A DNA stretch of 64,000 nucleotides from Vermamoeba vermiformis (GCA_045837725.1 JBEWZL010000083.1:62001-126000); one strand, 5' to 3'; positions 12,274 to 26,375 are shown, counted from the stretch's first letter. The notes: generated from the letters alone by a model not told the origin. Numbers and translations: made by a program.

Positions 12274-13768
12274 TCAGACGTAGACAAATTCCAAGGACTC
12301 AGGCACCAAGTTATCAGCCACAACAACGTTGTTGAGCACTTGACCAGTCGTGACATCGAGAGTATAGAGGTAAGTGTCACGATCAGCTGCCAGAGAAACG
12401 TAGAGGTTTTGAGTGATAGGATCCAAGGCCCAGTCAGTCGTGATTCCGTCAGGCATTTGAGTCTTGATGGCACTGCAGGCACCAGTAGGGCTCACCTTCT
12501 CGATGTATGAGACGAGCTCGAAGTTCTTGCCTGAAATCGCAGTCAGATCCAAATCCAGTACGCGTTACAAAAATAGCGTAGAACAAAAACACGTACCTTT
12601 GGGGATCCATTCAGTAGCAAAGATGTACAACTGCTTATGTACTGCATCATATCGCATAGTATTAGGATAGAGCATGGGATAAGTGCACATCACTTGAACA
12701 GTATTGATGGTTGACGGAGTCGACAACGAGATCTGAACAAAGGATGTTTAGATTGGCTTTCAACTCTTACAACGAAGCTATATAATAATAACACTTACAG
12801 AGTTAAGGTAGGTGCTGGAGTAGGTTTTGTTGACCTCTTTCAAGGTGAGCCAGTAGTAGATTTCGTTGGCGGAGTCGAGAGTACCAGCAGCGAAACTAAA
12901 ATCAGTATCGATTTGAGCGACTAACGCTATAATGTTAGTATATATAACTTTCTTTTAAATTAAATGCACTCACTAACACTCCAGGGCTTGGATTCGTCAG
13001 TCGGAAATGCAACCAAGAAATCTCCTTGCTTTTCAGCAGCACCAGCAACTGAAATAGGTTAATATATCATCGATAAGTTTATAATCAATAATTTTACCGA
13101 TAACGCGTTGTTGGGAAGCATCGTAAGTAAGCCTAAGTTATGAAGATCAGATGCGTTACAAAAACATTATTTCTTTCAATGAAACTATATTGACGGAGTG
13201 CTTACTCGTAGACGTATTCAAAAGGAAAGGCAATAGGAGACATGAGAGCCTTAGTCTTCACATTGCCACGGTAAACAAAGTCAGAGTTGCCATCCGTTAC
13301 GTAGTAGTACACTCCGTTCAAGAAATCGAAAGCTGAAACACCATCAATAGTGAGACTAAAGATATAAAGTCGTTAAGAAACTATCGTAGGTAATTTTAGA
13401 GAACATATTTACCTTGATCCAGCGTAGTAGAAAGTCTCCAAGATATCGCCAACTGCACCAGTCTTAGGATCGATCGTAACTAGGTGAGAAGCGGTCGCCG
13501 TATTCTTACCAGTGAACATAGTTACGGTAGAGTAGAGCATCGGCTTTGTGGCAGCAACCTATTCACAAAGATATTAGTACAAAATCCAGATGAGTCTTAG
13601 AAAAATTAGAAAAATTCTTAGATATGCTAAACTCTTACAATAATATAGTTAATCAAATTTTTAGAAACGTTAAACTAGCAAATTTCGCCTTAAAGATTTT
13701 TCGAATCCGTTTTCGCTGATGTAACTTACAACTGCCAAAATAGCCAAAAAGACGGCTAAGATCTTCAT
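12274..13768 (-). CDS. Secreted protein of unknown function, probable beta-propeller; tandem copy 3 of 3
   Basis: 8 exons spliced by hand to roughly 320 aa: MKILAVFLAILAVVAATKPMLYSTV...ESLEFVYV. Confidence 0.85.
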
Positions 13769-13898
13769 AACTTATAAATTGCCGGTATTAAAGTCTTATG
13801 TGTTAACGCTAAAAAAAGGGGTCAACAAAAAAAAACATAACGGTCAAATTAAATTAAAAAATAATGGCTTACCTCACCACAGCCAAAGCCAGGCATAT

Positions 13899-13914
13899 TT
13901 CGTTACGTAACGAA
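13899..13914. promoter_or_regulatory. Perfect 16-bp palindrome TTCGTTACGTAACGAA (bZIP-type TTACGTAA core) in a divergent promoter
   Basis: Seen directly between the ATGs at 13768 (-) and 14326 (+); function inferred only. Confidence 0.3.
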
Positions 13915-14325
13915 TATTTTTTTTGACAGCTATTATTAATGCTATTGATTTAGTGGCTCATAAGTGCACATAGCTCGATGCGTTTGGTAAGCCCTGATCT
14001 TGTTGAATAATTTAAGTAAAAATTATCAAAATATTATTTACATACGTAATTAGTTGCTATTACAACCCAAAAAGGTCTATTTCATATCAGATCGTAAACG
14101 AAATTCATACAGTGGTCAAGTTTGTAATCGCATACGCGCACTGGTTGTTTGTTCAACTAGTGACGGGCATCCTGCTGCATGGTTCAAACATAATAATATT
14201 AATTGGTCCTAACAGTTCACACGTGTTCTTTTCAATGCACAAATCATACGTTGCTTGACATGCGCCAATACAAATCCCAATGTAGTTACTCAGTAATTCA
14301 AATTTTAACGTGCTCAAGACACACA

Positions 14326-15493
14326 ATGAGAGCTAGTATCCTGCTCGTATTGTTAGCCTGCGTGGCTCTCTCCACCGCACAGTACTGCGTCAACAATCCT
14401 GGCAGCTGCGTTCGTATTCGCCAAAGCGCTGGCGCATCTGCTGAAATTCTTAGCTGTGCTCCTCATGACGCTCGGTTGACTACTGATGGTCAAGTCCGTA
14501 TGGCTGATGGAATGAACTGGCGCCGCGTTCAGTATGTCTCGCTAGTTTGACACATCTGAAATTTATTTTATTGCTGGTCGTGTTTTATATTGGATTAGCT
14601 AGCATCTATACTTGCCGTATATTTTACTATTATTGGTATGATTATTAACGGTAATCTCTCAGGTACAACGGAGTATGGGGTTGGGCTGCTGTCCAATTCC
14701 TCACCACTTGCAGCGGCTCTTCTGGCAATCCGTCTGGCAGTACTAGTAAGTCAATATATGTTTAAAATGAATCTGATACCCATCGTCGTAAATTTCGGAA
14801 CTTTAAAAACGGAATCTGATCTTTTTGTGTTTGACAGCTACCGCATCCTGCGACTTCGGTCCTACTACTTCCGTCGTGGCTTACAGTGGTGGTCAAATCA
14901 TTGGTAACATCGAAGTCGTCACTCTTCAAGGTAATTCCAAAGAATGCATTCATTAACATTCCAACTCCGTTACTAACGCTTTAATCGTAGGCAAGCCTGT
15001 TGAAAAGCGTACCGCTTGTGCTTTTACACAAATGGCTGCTTCTGCTCGCTCTTCTGGTTTGAATTTGAAGATCAACAGCGGATTCCGCTCTATGGAAGAG
15101 CAACAGTACCTCTACAACTGCTACCAGACCCAATCATGCAACAATGGTAAGTATACGCTAAACATTAGATATACTTTAACCGAATGATATCCCATTTGGA
15201 AGTTCGCAAAGAGTGATTTTGTTGGATCTGACCCTTGCGTGCGCAGGTAACAAGGCTGCAAAACCTGGCTACAGCAACCATCAAAATGGTATTGCTGTTG
15301 ACATTTCCACTGGAGGAGGGTAGGTCTCTATACTGTATCAATACGAGGCCATTTGAACTTACCTGTTCGTTGCTACAGTGCCTACGAGTGGCTCGCTGCC
15401 AACGCTCACAAATTTGGTTTTGTACGCACTGTGCCCACTGAAAAGTGGCATTGGGAGTACCGCCCTGGATCACCTCGCGCTTCTTATACTTAA
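14326..15493 (+). CDS. Secreted SH3b-domain + peptidase M15 (VanY-like Zn carboxypeptidase) peptidoglycan hydrolase
   Basis: 6 exons splice in frame: signal peptide MRASILLVLLACVALSTA; SH3b-like VRIRQSAGASAEIL...WRRVQYNGVWGWAAVQFL; M15 motifs INSGFRSMEEQ, PGYSNHQNGIAVD (SxHxxGxAxD), WLAANAHKFGF and EKWHW (ExxH). Confidence 0.92.
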
Positions 15494-15687
15494 GTCCGTG
15501 TTAATTAGTCTCTGTATTCCTATAAGCATAAAGAATAAATTTTGATATCATTTTTTGTTCTTTGATCAAGATCTGTTGTTTCGCAAGAATGAATTTAATT
15601 GTATATAGTATTTTAAAGCTTGTACTGTACATCAGTTTAACATAATTTAGTCGTATCGAGGTCGATCTGTCTCTCTCTCTTTAATTC

Positions 15688-17160
15688 TTATCTGGTCAAC
15701 GAGTCAATGTATTCAGCGAGTGGCGCTAATTCTTTTTTGTCGATTAAATCGAACTCCAATACGAAGAAAATAAAGTGTTTAAAACTGGTATTCACATGCG
15801 CTTCAAGGCCCAGCGTAACCACTAATTAAAATAATAAAATTAGTACTGGTACAGATCTCCAAACCCTTTTAGTCTATACTATATTTAAATACGTATTAAT
15901 AGTATATATGATCAGCATACGTACCATGTTGGAAATGTGCGTGATAAACGTGCGCGTAAACTCTGAATAACCGCTTGAAAATGTGTTTGACTTTGTCTAA
16001 GTAGTTGGGCGGGAATGGCGCTGAATCTAGTATAATAATATTAATATACGTCATATGGTAACACGAAACAAGGATAAACATTAAATTAATCGAATTTCCG
16101 GCTCGAACCAGCATTAATAAAAAATAGTCTTTAGATCTTCTTGATCGCTTAGATGATGAGTGCTATAATGACTTACTCTTAATAGGGAATATAGTTTGAT
16201 CATCGAGCTGCTTTTTGACCCATTCAAACAGATATTTGGCATAATCATTCGCTGAGACTTTAATGGCTTTCTTAATTTCTTTTCCATCAGCCCAGTGATA
16301 CTCATATCTAGTATAATATCATAGTAAGTATATGTCAGTGACGACATGTAACAATTTCGATCAGAAATAACGCGTGGTAGCTTCGTGTAACGATCAAGAT
16401 CTCGATCAGAACTTGATTTTTCCAAAATAGGCAATAATCGAATCATTATACTCCTATTTTACTTACTTAGGACCAGCGCTCATAATAGAGCATTCAGTAC
16501 CAGTACAGAGCTCGGCAATAGTGCCCCAAAGCATATTAATTTGATTGTAGAAATCGGCCACTATTTTCAACATATTAATAACCGTGTATAAGAAATATTG
16601 CTATAAAAAATAAATAACAATGATTTTATATGATAAATCGCTCGTTGATGATTCAAATTAATTTCTGACACGAGAGTGATCCGGGTTAAATTTTGCTTGA
16701 CGGTGATCATATTAATGAAATCTTACCATGTACCGCTAACCATTCATTAATGTCCTCTCCTTCAGGTAATGTAACTAATAACCGCAGATCTCCATTGCCT
16801 GAAAACGAAAATATAAATTAAATCACTTATTAAATAGAGTATTTAATATAATCCATAATTTCACCTATTTTAGGTAAAGTATTCGTTGTAAAATAATTTT
16901 AAAATTATTGATGACGATTTATCACGAAATTTAAAAAAGATTTTTTTGTGCGGTTAACACATCTGTCAAAAAATACCAATGCTTGTGCGTTAAATAGTGA
17001 ATTATCAGTACCTAATGTAGTTTCTGTGTATTTTCTTGTATCTCCTTTGCCGTCAGATCCTTTTCCTTTATTGACTTTGAAACCGTCGCTAGAAAAGTCA
17101 TTACATCAATTAAACTTGAATAGAACGGAAATTAGCATTAAATACATACGGCTTAAGCAT
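15688..17160 (-). CDS. MOB1: MOB kinase activator (Mob1-like)
   Basis: Spliced motifs [84 protein letters not shown]. Confidence 0.93.
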
Positions 17161-17320
17161 GTTGTATGTCGTATTATATTTGTTTGGTTCAAATACCAAA
17201 TCCACGCAGAAAATTTAATTTCGCAAGCCCAGATGGGCCCTGGTAGAATACTAAAGCACGTGCTGCCTAGTGCAGATAGCACAGATAACAATTTTAATGT
17301 ATTATTTTACTTGAAAACGC

Positions 17321-20300
17321 CTATAATAACAAAATGGAGTCCATATCTGTAGCATTATTGTCGCGACTAGATGCGCTCAACAAACCGTGTTTTTTCTCCT
17401 TCTTTTTGCGCTTCTTATCGACCTCCTTATGTATCTCTTCGCTTAGCATTGTTTCTAAGATCGTTACGAGCTGTTCTGCGGTCGGTCTCAAAGCTGGATC
17501 TGTTGCCCAACATTGCGTGATCAAATCTCGGAAGGGCTCCGGACAATCGAGCGGAATAATTGGTCTGTTGCCTTCGAGCACGTGACGGGCAATTTCCCAA
17601 GGGTGCTCGAATTCAGTGAACGGCTCGTTCTGTACCCAAAGGGCCCAAAGAATTAACGCAAAGCTATAAATGTCTGCCTTGAGATCGTAATGGGTCTTTG
17701 CCATAATTTCAGGGGCCATATACATCGGCGTGCCAATGCCCATCGTGTACTTGTTGGCAAGTTTTTCCGACACCGCTCTGCAAATAAAAAATTAATATCT
17801 GTGAAAATTTTTGAACGTCGGGTTTGGACCAAGTTTTCTCATCCCAAAAAAGGCAATGGCCAGTAAATATTTTGCAAATATACAATAGGTGCGTAGTAGT
17901 ATATACAGTGTAAATACGGCAGTAAAATAAACATACCTAGCGGTACCAAAGTCGGCGAGTTTGACGCTAACAGTGGCTGGATCTGGCGACAACGACACGA
18001 CGAGCAAGTTATCAGGCTTGAGATCTCGATGCAAAATCTTGTTTTGGTGCAAGAAATTGACCGCCTTGGCTGCATCGACGGCTATTTTCAGCTTGACCAA
18101 GAAACTTAATTGACACGTGGCCATCAGGCGCTAAATAAGCGAGTCAATCTCAGTCCTGAATAAATATCATATGACAAACTTACAGTCAAGTTGCCTAGTT
18201 CAATAAACTCTGTGACAATTGCTAATTTTCCACGAACTTTGGATGCACCAACAAATTGGACTAAACAACGAGGCGTGAGTACTATAACTAAAGTATTAAA
18301 GACACTAATACTAACCGATATTTTTGTGTCTTAGTTTAGTCATTAAATCAATCTCCCGGTCAAATTCATCGAGCATTTCATCAGGCATGTCTTGGATCTT
18401 GAGCACTTTAATCGCCACATCTTGGCCACGGTACTAAATTAAAAGTTAATATTCATATAATAGCCGACGCCTATTATAATAGGATAAAATATCAAAGGTA
18501 TACAGCATTATCTAAGACCGTCAAAGTTGTATGAAATGACACGATGACACGTGTCAAACGAGATCCGACCAATAACATACCTTTCCTCTATATACAGTTC
18601 CATAAGCACCATCACCAATGATTAATTGTCGATTAATCTGAATTTCATCAAAATCGATAAATGTTGACATTTCACCGATGACGTGGAACACCATGTACGA
18701 ATGGACTTGATGCACTGAAAAAATAAACAGACGTTAGAATACTAATATTTCCTAATTTGGAATAATCTTTGAATGACTCACGTGGCAATTGTAATCCAAT
18801 AGCGACTTCAGCTTCAGTCGTCATATTGACAACGAGTTTGACACGGATCTCGATAGGTTTATCCTAAGTATAGTATGTTAGACTCCATTACTATATAAGT
18901 ACTCAATATATCACGTGACTTACTTGTTTGACCGTGCCTTGACTCGGAGTGAATGTAATAGTGAACTTTGGGCTCGTTGGCGGATGCAGTTGGAAACTAA
19001 CACCTTCATCTCTGCCACTGCGCTGTTTGGGCCACGACAAAGTGAATCGATCTTCATAGGCTTGACCGACTTTGAATTGATTGAGGCCCTTGCCAAAGTC
19101 GAGCATTTCTTTCGAGATCTGGAGAAAAAAAATGACACGTGTCAGAAACTTGGATGTCACTAAGAACTACCACCAAAACTTACCTTAATAGGCATTTCTC
19201 GTAACAAAACACCCCTAAACATAGTAATGTTATTGATTGGTCAATAAAATTATTGCAAATGACAAAACTTACTTTGAATCAACAGGCGGGGTCCAATCGT
19301 GCGTCAGATCCGTGTCGTGGAATTCAGATCGCTTAATACCATATTTGGACACCATACGAGAGTCGTCGGAGTTATTCGCGTTGTTGCCTTCAATCTTAGC
19401 CCGATGCTGCAACAAAGCTAACAGTTGCGCACGACTATTGGATCTGCACGTCAAAACAAAGTTAGAACGTGGTTCCATATTGCCAAATAAGGAAATAATC
19501 GTACGCAGTGTCATCGTCTGTCAAGAGCTCGTAATCGTCATTCAATCCCATTCTGGCTAACTGACGTCTATGGAACAAAAGTTGCGTTAGCAAAATATTC
19601 ATTTTCCTTTTATGGCAATTCCTTATTTTGACTTACTTTCTGTAGACGTACCACGCAATGACGACACCTACAATCAGCAACAGACCACCGCCAACAGTTG
19701 AACTGATGATAATAATTTTTCCTAATTTGGAAATATTAGTCTCGCTAACCAACTTTAAATTGTATTCTCTTACGCTTATATTCTTCTTCTTGTTCGACTA
19801 ACAGCGGGTCGTTATCTGGCGCAAGACCGCATGAAGCTAACAAAAATGATTAGTGGATCGAGCTCGGCAGATCTGAATCTAAAACCAAAGCCTTACTTTC
19901 GCAATCAGTATATGTTCGTGACGGCAAGCAAACTGATTCGCTCGGGCACCACAAACAATTGATGTGAATGCACGAGTCACACGAGGTCATGGACATGCAC
20001 TCATCAGTCGAGTTTAGGACATCTAAAAATAGACCCTATTAGCACGACATGGATTAATTCCCACGTGATTATACTCACCTCGGAGGCAGTTCAGTGAAGG
20101 CGGGTCAGCTGGATAAAATCCCAAATCTCTCTTGCACTTGCACGTGAACTCATTGCACCCTGGACCGACCTCACATTCTTCGCCCGTATCCATTCGAAGA
20201 TTTCCACAACCTATTGGGAAGGTAAGTACTATATTATAGATGCATATTATATGATTAAATAATACTTACGTCGTTCACAGTCTATTGACTCGGGATCTTT

Positions 20301-22127
20301 CGGGACCCAAGTTGGATCTTTACATTGACAAAATGGTGTACAGCCCACACCACCGTCACATTGTTCATTTTCATCTAATACACCGTTGCCACACAAGAGC
20401 TCTATTATACCGTTATTAACATTGCTAAGAGAAGCATTGCATACCTTTGCAAGCGTACGGATCCCACGGATCTGTCACGTATTTTTCGGGGCAATTGGTG
20501 CAAACTAGTAATAGAGTAAGTACTGTTATAGTATTATATTATAGTGATATCTTACTAAAGCTGCCAGGTATGTTCGTGCAGTTAGCGTATCCCGTGCCCT
20601 CACAAAGTGTTGCATTTAACGCGCACTCGTCAATGTCTGTGCACATGTGTTACAATTGTAATTTATATAAACTGATTAATATAGCAATATTACCAATGCA
20701 CTTGTGACCGTTGCTATATTGATCGATATATCCGGGCGGACAAGGCGTGCAGTTGTAACCGGGTGACAAATTAATGCACTCGGTCAAAACATCACAGCTG
20801 TCATAACCCAACTCACATTCATTGATATCCTCTATAATATTAATATTAAGTTTACTATATGATATTGTTATTCGTCTTAATTACCGTCGCAAAAGTCGCC
20901 AGTAAAGTGCGGGTCACAATCGCATTTGTTCAACTCCGTGCACAGGCCGTGAACACACTGACCATCGCAAGTGCCTATGATATGTTAGTACTAGTAGTAG
21001 GTCTCGGCTACATTACATTGTTGCGAAAGGCATCTGTTTGGCGCTGCTCTGAATGACGTGTTAGCGACGAACATTCGCTGGTCTCGATCGAAAAATCCTT
21101 GGAACATGAAGGGATTGAAGGTCAGCATTGTTACTAAAAAACCTCCATTGCCCGAGACAGGTCCAATTGTCGTAATATCATCGCACTATATAAAAATATC
21201 AGTCAGATCCAAATTTTCTGATCGGCGATCTAAAAACGTACCAGGGTCATGCATAAACGTGAGAAGGTCGCGTAATCTTGACTCGATAAATCTTCTGTGC
21301 GTGATGTAGTAGCAATCATGCCTAACGTTACAAATTGCTCTGTGACAGGTAAGGCTGAAAGCTTTGTTAGACCTTGCTAAAAAAAAAAATAGGAAATTCA
21401 TAGGATAAAATGGAAATTGTGATCGTAGGCTCAATTGATGATACAATACAATAAACTACTACTTACAAGGATCATTCATGCCATAAGCAAAATTGAACGG
21501 CCCGACAGAGGTCCATCTAGGATCGTACGCTTTTGCAAGCTTAACAATTGATGCATTGTGACTAACGCAATATAAGCCAGCAGGAGGTACGTCTGTCGTT
21601 GTTAACGCATCGCTAATCTTTAATGCGCCTAAAATACATCCGTGTTAAAACTTATTCTTAAGGGAATTACTATTAATCAATCAATTTATAATTTAAATAA
21701 TTTGGTAATATGTATCAAGCTTCAATAATGATCGAATTATGCGATTTTGTCGCCTATATTAATTCATGAAATAAAGATCTTACCGGTGCAGATCGGTTTC
21801 CAAACTACAAGCCTCTGACCCGACACTGTGACTTCTCCTAATTGATGCCAGCTCGTAGGCCGAAAAAATAGTGCACCCGCGTCTATTGTGCATTAATTAG
21901 CGTCCGAAATTCACAACGATCCAAAATTTTGTGTGGTTACAAAGCAAATAGAAATTTGAATAATACGAAAATCATTCGTTGAATATACTATGGTTGAATT
22001 ATAACGGTATTGTTTGGCTAGTTATCATCATTATTTTAATTATTGGGACTATTTTTAAATTTTTACCTGATCGACTTGCTAATTGGAGCAAAATTGCTAA
22101 TGTGATCAAATTTAATACAGTAGGCAT
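17321..22127 (-). CDS. Transmembrane receptor-like protein kinase (EGF/Cys-rich ectodomain, TM, juxtamembrane domain, kinase)
   Basis: Putative signal peptide [17 protein letters not shown] at 22127; EGF-Ca exons ([16 protein letters not shown]); [27 protein letters not shown]; kinase motifs [33 protein letters not shown]. The 5' exon choice is less certain. Confidence 0.9.
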
Positions 22128-22865
22128 TTATATGACATTAATATATCCGTATAAGCAGATAATATTGTTGGTTTGATTGAGGATCGTTGTCAAGTCCCAC
22201 AAGTTCTATTGACCAGGCACAAAATGAATATACAATTATACAATAGCACTCATGTGACTGTATAATGTCGTTGGATCAGAATAAATTAGGAAACGAACAG
22301 CAAATGGGACGGAAGGAGCATCGAAAAAATTGACACGTGTTTGACACTTTTGGTGTCAGACAAAATATCTGCTTCAAAATTGATATTAATACAATATATA
22401 AGCCCCATATTAACTAATTCACCATGAAAAACTCCGTCCGTATCAGCATTTGCTCGGACAAAATAAGATCTGCACCGGACGTAAAGAAAATTAAATGGAC
22501 GTATTAAAAGCGGTAATTCGAGGAGATAGTACACGAATTTTAATATTGTTTTAATATTTATTATTAATAAAGGTTTTCTGCAAATTAATATTGCGGCTTG
22601 AAGATTTTTGTTGATCTAAAAATCTAAGTGCACTTTATATCCGGGGATATAACGAATTACCAAGGATAATAATTACAATAACATTTCACGATACTCTTTT
22701 ACTTATAACGAAGTTATTGTGCAACAATAGTTTGGGGATTTGGGCGATCGCATAAATTCTACTTACGAAATGAAACCGTCAAAATCATATTCTCGCTTAG
22801 TATCATCGCTATTGTTATGCTGAAATGACCCGACCATTTCTCCTCGGAATTGGTGCGTGGATCCC

Positions 22866-22881
22866 AGTGACACGTGTCACT
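22866..22881. promoter_or_regulatory. Palindrome AGTGACACGTGTCACT (extended E-box/G-box), one of several TGACACGTGTCA copies
   Basis: Perfect 16-mer about 105 nt upstream of the ATG at 22987; the same 12-mer occurs at 6810, 18545 and 19133. Confidence 0.4.
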
Positions 22882-22986
22882 CGCTCTTCGTAACAACAAT
22901 GCGTGCTGCGATCATTTGACAGGTTAGTCTCAAAATCTTTATTGTTTAAGTAGACAGAAGGTAGGGTACCATATTAGCAAGCCATA

Positions 22987-24990
22987 ATGATCGGTTCCAT
23001 CACGAGTAAGTACATCCACGATTGTAACGGCTTTACGAACTTAATTTTAACTAACTACGTCTATCATTAGGATGCGCTATAGTATTGGCGTGCTTCTCTT
23101 GCTTCGTTCTATCATCAGCACGCATTATTGTGGCTGAAACAAACGAAGAGTTTGACTCTGCGCAACTGTTCTTCGGTAAGAGCGAATCCGCATTCGCAGC
23201 TTGGATTTAGCGTCCCAAAACATCTTATAATGACATTATACTATCTTCAGCTAATTATGACCTCTTTGAGACCTTCAACGGAGAAATGGTTCTTGCGGAT
23301 GCAGCTAACGTGACTGGCAAGATCGTGTTTTCAGCGGATATACCGACTATTCCTATTGTCATGTATATTATACGTGACTTAATGCGACTTAATCCACGCG
23401 CTATTATAGTTAGCGAACATTATAGTAAGTTCCGGCACTTTATATTTCTCATAGATTTTATCCGACACTTCTCAAAGGCAAGAACATATAGATATATACT
23501 CTTACTTATGCCCTTCATATTGTATCCATAACCAGGATAGTTATTGACCGATTTTCTAATTGAATAGAGTAGATTTCGATTTATTACTTATCGATTATTT
23601 ATTGAACTTCAATTCGATCCAACCAATAGTTAATATCATTTTAGCCATTCCTGGACGTGGTATGTATAATTGGGACGGTCAGGATGTATCTTCTATCACG
23701 TTGCCAGTCCTTCAAGTGTCGCTGGATGTGAGTCACCATTTAACTGCCTTACTCAATGCAACTCGGGCATTGAACGTCACAATATCTTCTGAAGGTAGTT
23801 TAATATATTTTCGTTGCGATACTGCCGTTAAAGAGCTCAAATTTGTCGCCTGTATTTACTTACGCAAAATTTCCTTTTTAGGAAATCGCTGGACCGACGT
23901 TTATCACTCATGGGGATTGATCTTATGGCGAGTCGCATTGATTTTATGCGGTTGCGCGTGCATTGGTGTCGCTTTCTGGAAAATAACGCAATTTGGTTTG
24001 TGGTCCAAATCCAAGCAGTGTCAGATCTCCGTTGTCTCCGCGTGTCTGGCCATTGAAATTATTGGAAATTTCTGTAAGACTCCACGGAATAATATTTATG
24101 TGGCGCTAAATTTGTTTCTAGGGCGTATATTGTACGTCGCGTTGGATCCGTTTGGATGCTGCAACGTTTTGACTTATTGGGGCGTAAATACTCTGAATTC
24201 GCTTAGTTTTCCTTACAATATCAGTAGCTTCTTATTGGTCACTTTGTATTGGTACGTATTGCCTTTAAAGACTAAATATGCGTTCAGGGAAAGGACTAGA
24301 TCCGCAATTTGACATTTTGCATCAAAATAGCCAGCCGTATCTCTTATATGATATTTAGACATTATTATAGCGCTTCTAATTATTTAAATTGAAGGCACGA
24401 GTGCATGTCAAGAGCTTCGTTGGATCAGAATCCGTTCTTGAAAAAGTTGAAGATTCCTTTCTACTGCTTGGCAGGAGGACTAATACTCCTCGATATTTTA
24501 TTCACCATTCTCAGTTTTTTCGAGAATATGCGGAAGTCCGTCGTTTTAGTTTCGATCTACAGCGCTATTTTGGTAGCGTTGCTTATTTTCTACGGAATAA
24601 CTGCCGCGAGATTATTGAAACGATTATCCAAGACTAATAAGCTATTAGATACTCAATACAGAGTCAAAAAGGTGCGTAGAATCTGATCCACCTTAATTAG
24701 TTGAAAATAAATTTGATAAAAATATTATTCTAATGCTCATTTTTATTTAGATGACGATTACTTTGCTAGTAGGCGGTGGATTACAGTTCTTTGGGCTAAT
24801 ACTGACCGTTATCTTCATCATCGACGCCATTATGCAAGTCCCTGTCAATTTTGTAACGGTGTGGGGCGTGTTTTTCTTGCTGCTTGATGGCATGTCGATG
24901 GCACGATTATTGACCTTCCAAAAGCGCGCCAAAAATAAGTCGAGCGGCACAGCTACTGGCAGCAGTCAAACTACGGAGGTTAAAATGTAA
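22987..24990 (+). CDS. Multi-pass (about 7 TM) receptor-like membrane protein with N-terminal PA-like ectodomain
   Basis: Signal-like N-terminus; ectodomain with GKIVF..NPRAII..PGRGMYNWDG..ITLPVLQV; then successive hydrophobic helices in ORFs 23560-24312, 24405-24686 and 24751-24990 joined by GT-AG introns. Confidence 0.75.
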
Positions 24991-25222
24991 CCTTGAAAAT
25001 GAAATTCATTTATCTTGTATTGTATTATTTAGATTAAAAAATATAGTAGAAGTAGAAAATAAAGAAAAATATTGTTAATTTATGCTGAGTTGTACTCACC
25101 GATCGATTTTAGCGATGACATTATCTTTGACACTTTGACACCACGTTGACTCATTTTAAAATGAGTCAGTTGATTCAACAAAGGCCCCCGCCAATACCAC
25201 AAATAAACCTCTCGTTAATTGC

Positions 25223-26275
25223 ATGGAGAAGATCCCTTGGACAAATGCCGCTCACTTAAAGCTTGGACACGCTGAAATCGAGTCTTGCTACGGCGTGGAA
25301 GTAAGTTATTTTTTTTCTAGGAATATCCGCGCAATTTACTATAGTAAAATTACATCATACGTAGCTAATTATTTGAATAAATTGTACAGGGTCGGGATGT
25401 GTTCCTCAATTATTTGGATCTAACCGCTTCGAAAGAAGATCTCGTGGCTGAAATACTTAAATACGGCCTTATAATGACCGCTATTACTAAATTTTCGACT
25501 GTTGTCAAAAAGGTAACGCTATCAGATCGAGTTCCAAAATTAGATCACTTCTAAATCCGCCTAATCTTCCTGTTAGGCCTCGGCAATTGGTTCAGGAGCA
25601 ATATGGACTAATTATACTAGTCATCCAATACCTATTACTGTCACTGCCGATGTCGCTGAAAGGTAAAAAAGATTTGCCGACAATTTCGTTAACTGAATCT
25701 TCTTACGTTAGGCTCGTGGACTTAATTATAGCAGATAGAAAGTTAATGGTAGTTGATTTGACCTTGACTTCATTGTTTGATCCGATGTGGCAACGATTTC
25801 CTGGTTGGGAGAATGCGAACGGATTGCGGATCTTCTTAATTCTCTCAAACAAAAAGAAGAATTATTATGAGAAGTACTTGCAAAAAAGGTACTAGATGCG
25901 TTAATTATCTTCCTTAGAAACGAGGGTTATAACTAATTCGCGGATGTAGATCAAATACGAAACATGGATTGGAGGTTTCTGCAGTAGTAGCATTCTGTCT
26001 GCTACTGCTTCCTATTGGAGCGGTGCTTAAAATAGTCGGCAAGAAGATGTCCTTGTACGGCGATTGCGATTACGATTGGAATCAGCTTTTTCCAGCTGAA
26101 TCTGGTGTTCCTTTGCCGACAATGACGGATCTGGATGTTGATCTCTTAAGAAACTACGTTGTTTGTAGTAAAAAATACAATTATTGAATGAATAAGGTCA
26201 TACGGCAACCGAACACTCGGCTATTTTTAGAGTCAAGCAGATTCAAGACTATTTCAGCGACAGAAACATACTGAT
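25223..26275 (+). CDS. Hypothetical protein, multi-exon
   Basis: Exons at about 25223, 25390, 25577, 25712, 25950 and 26231 join in frame through canonical splice sites; no family recognised; the last exon is uncertain. Confidence 0.55.
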
Positions 26276-26375
26276 AGCGTAGATAGGGCTCTAATAAGAT
26301 CTTTAATAAATTCACATTTAGGGCTCAAGAGAAGTCATTTTTGATTTTTTTGTTTCAATTTCAGTCAGCTCAACA

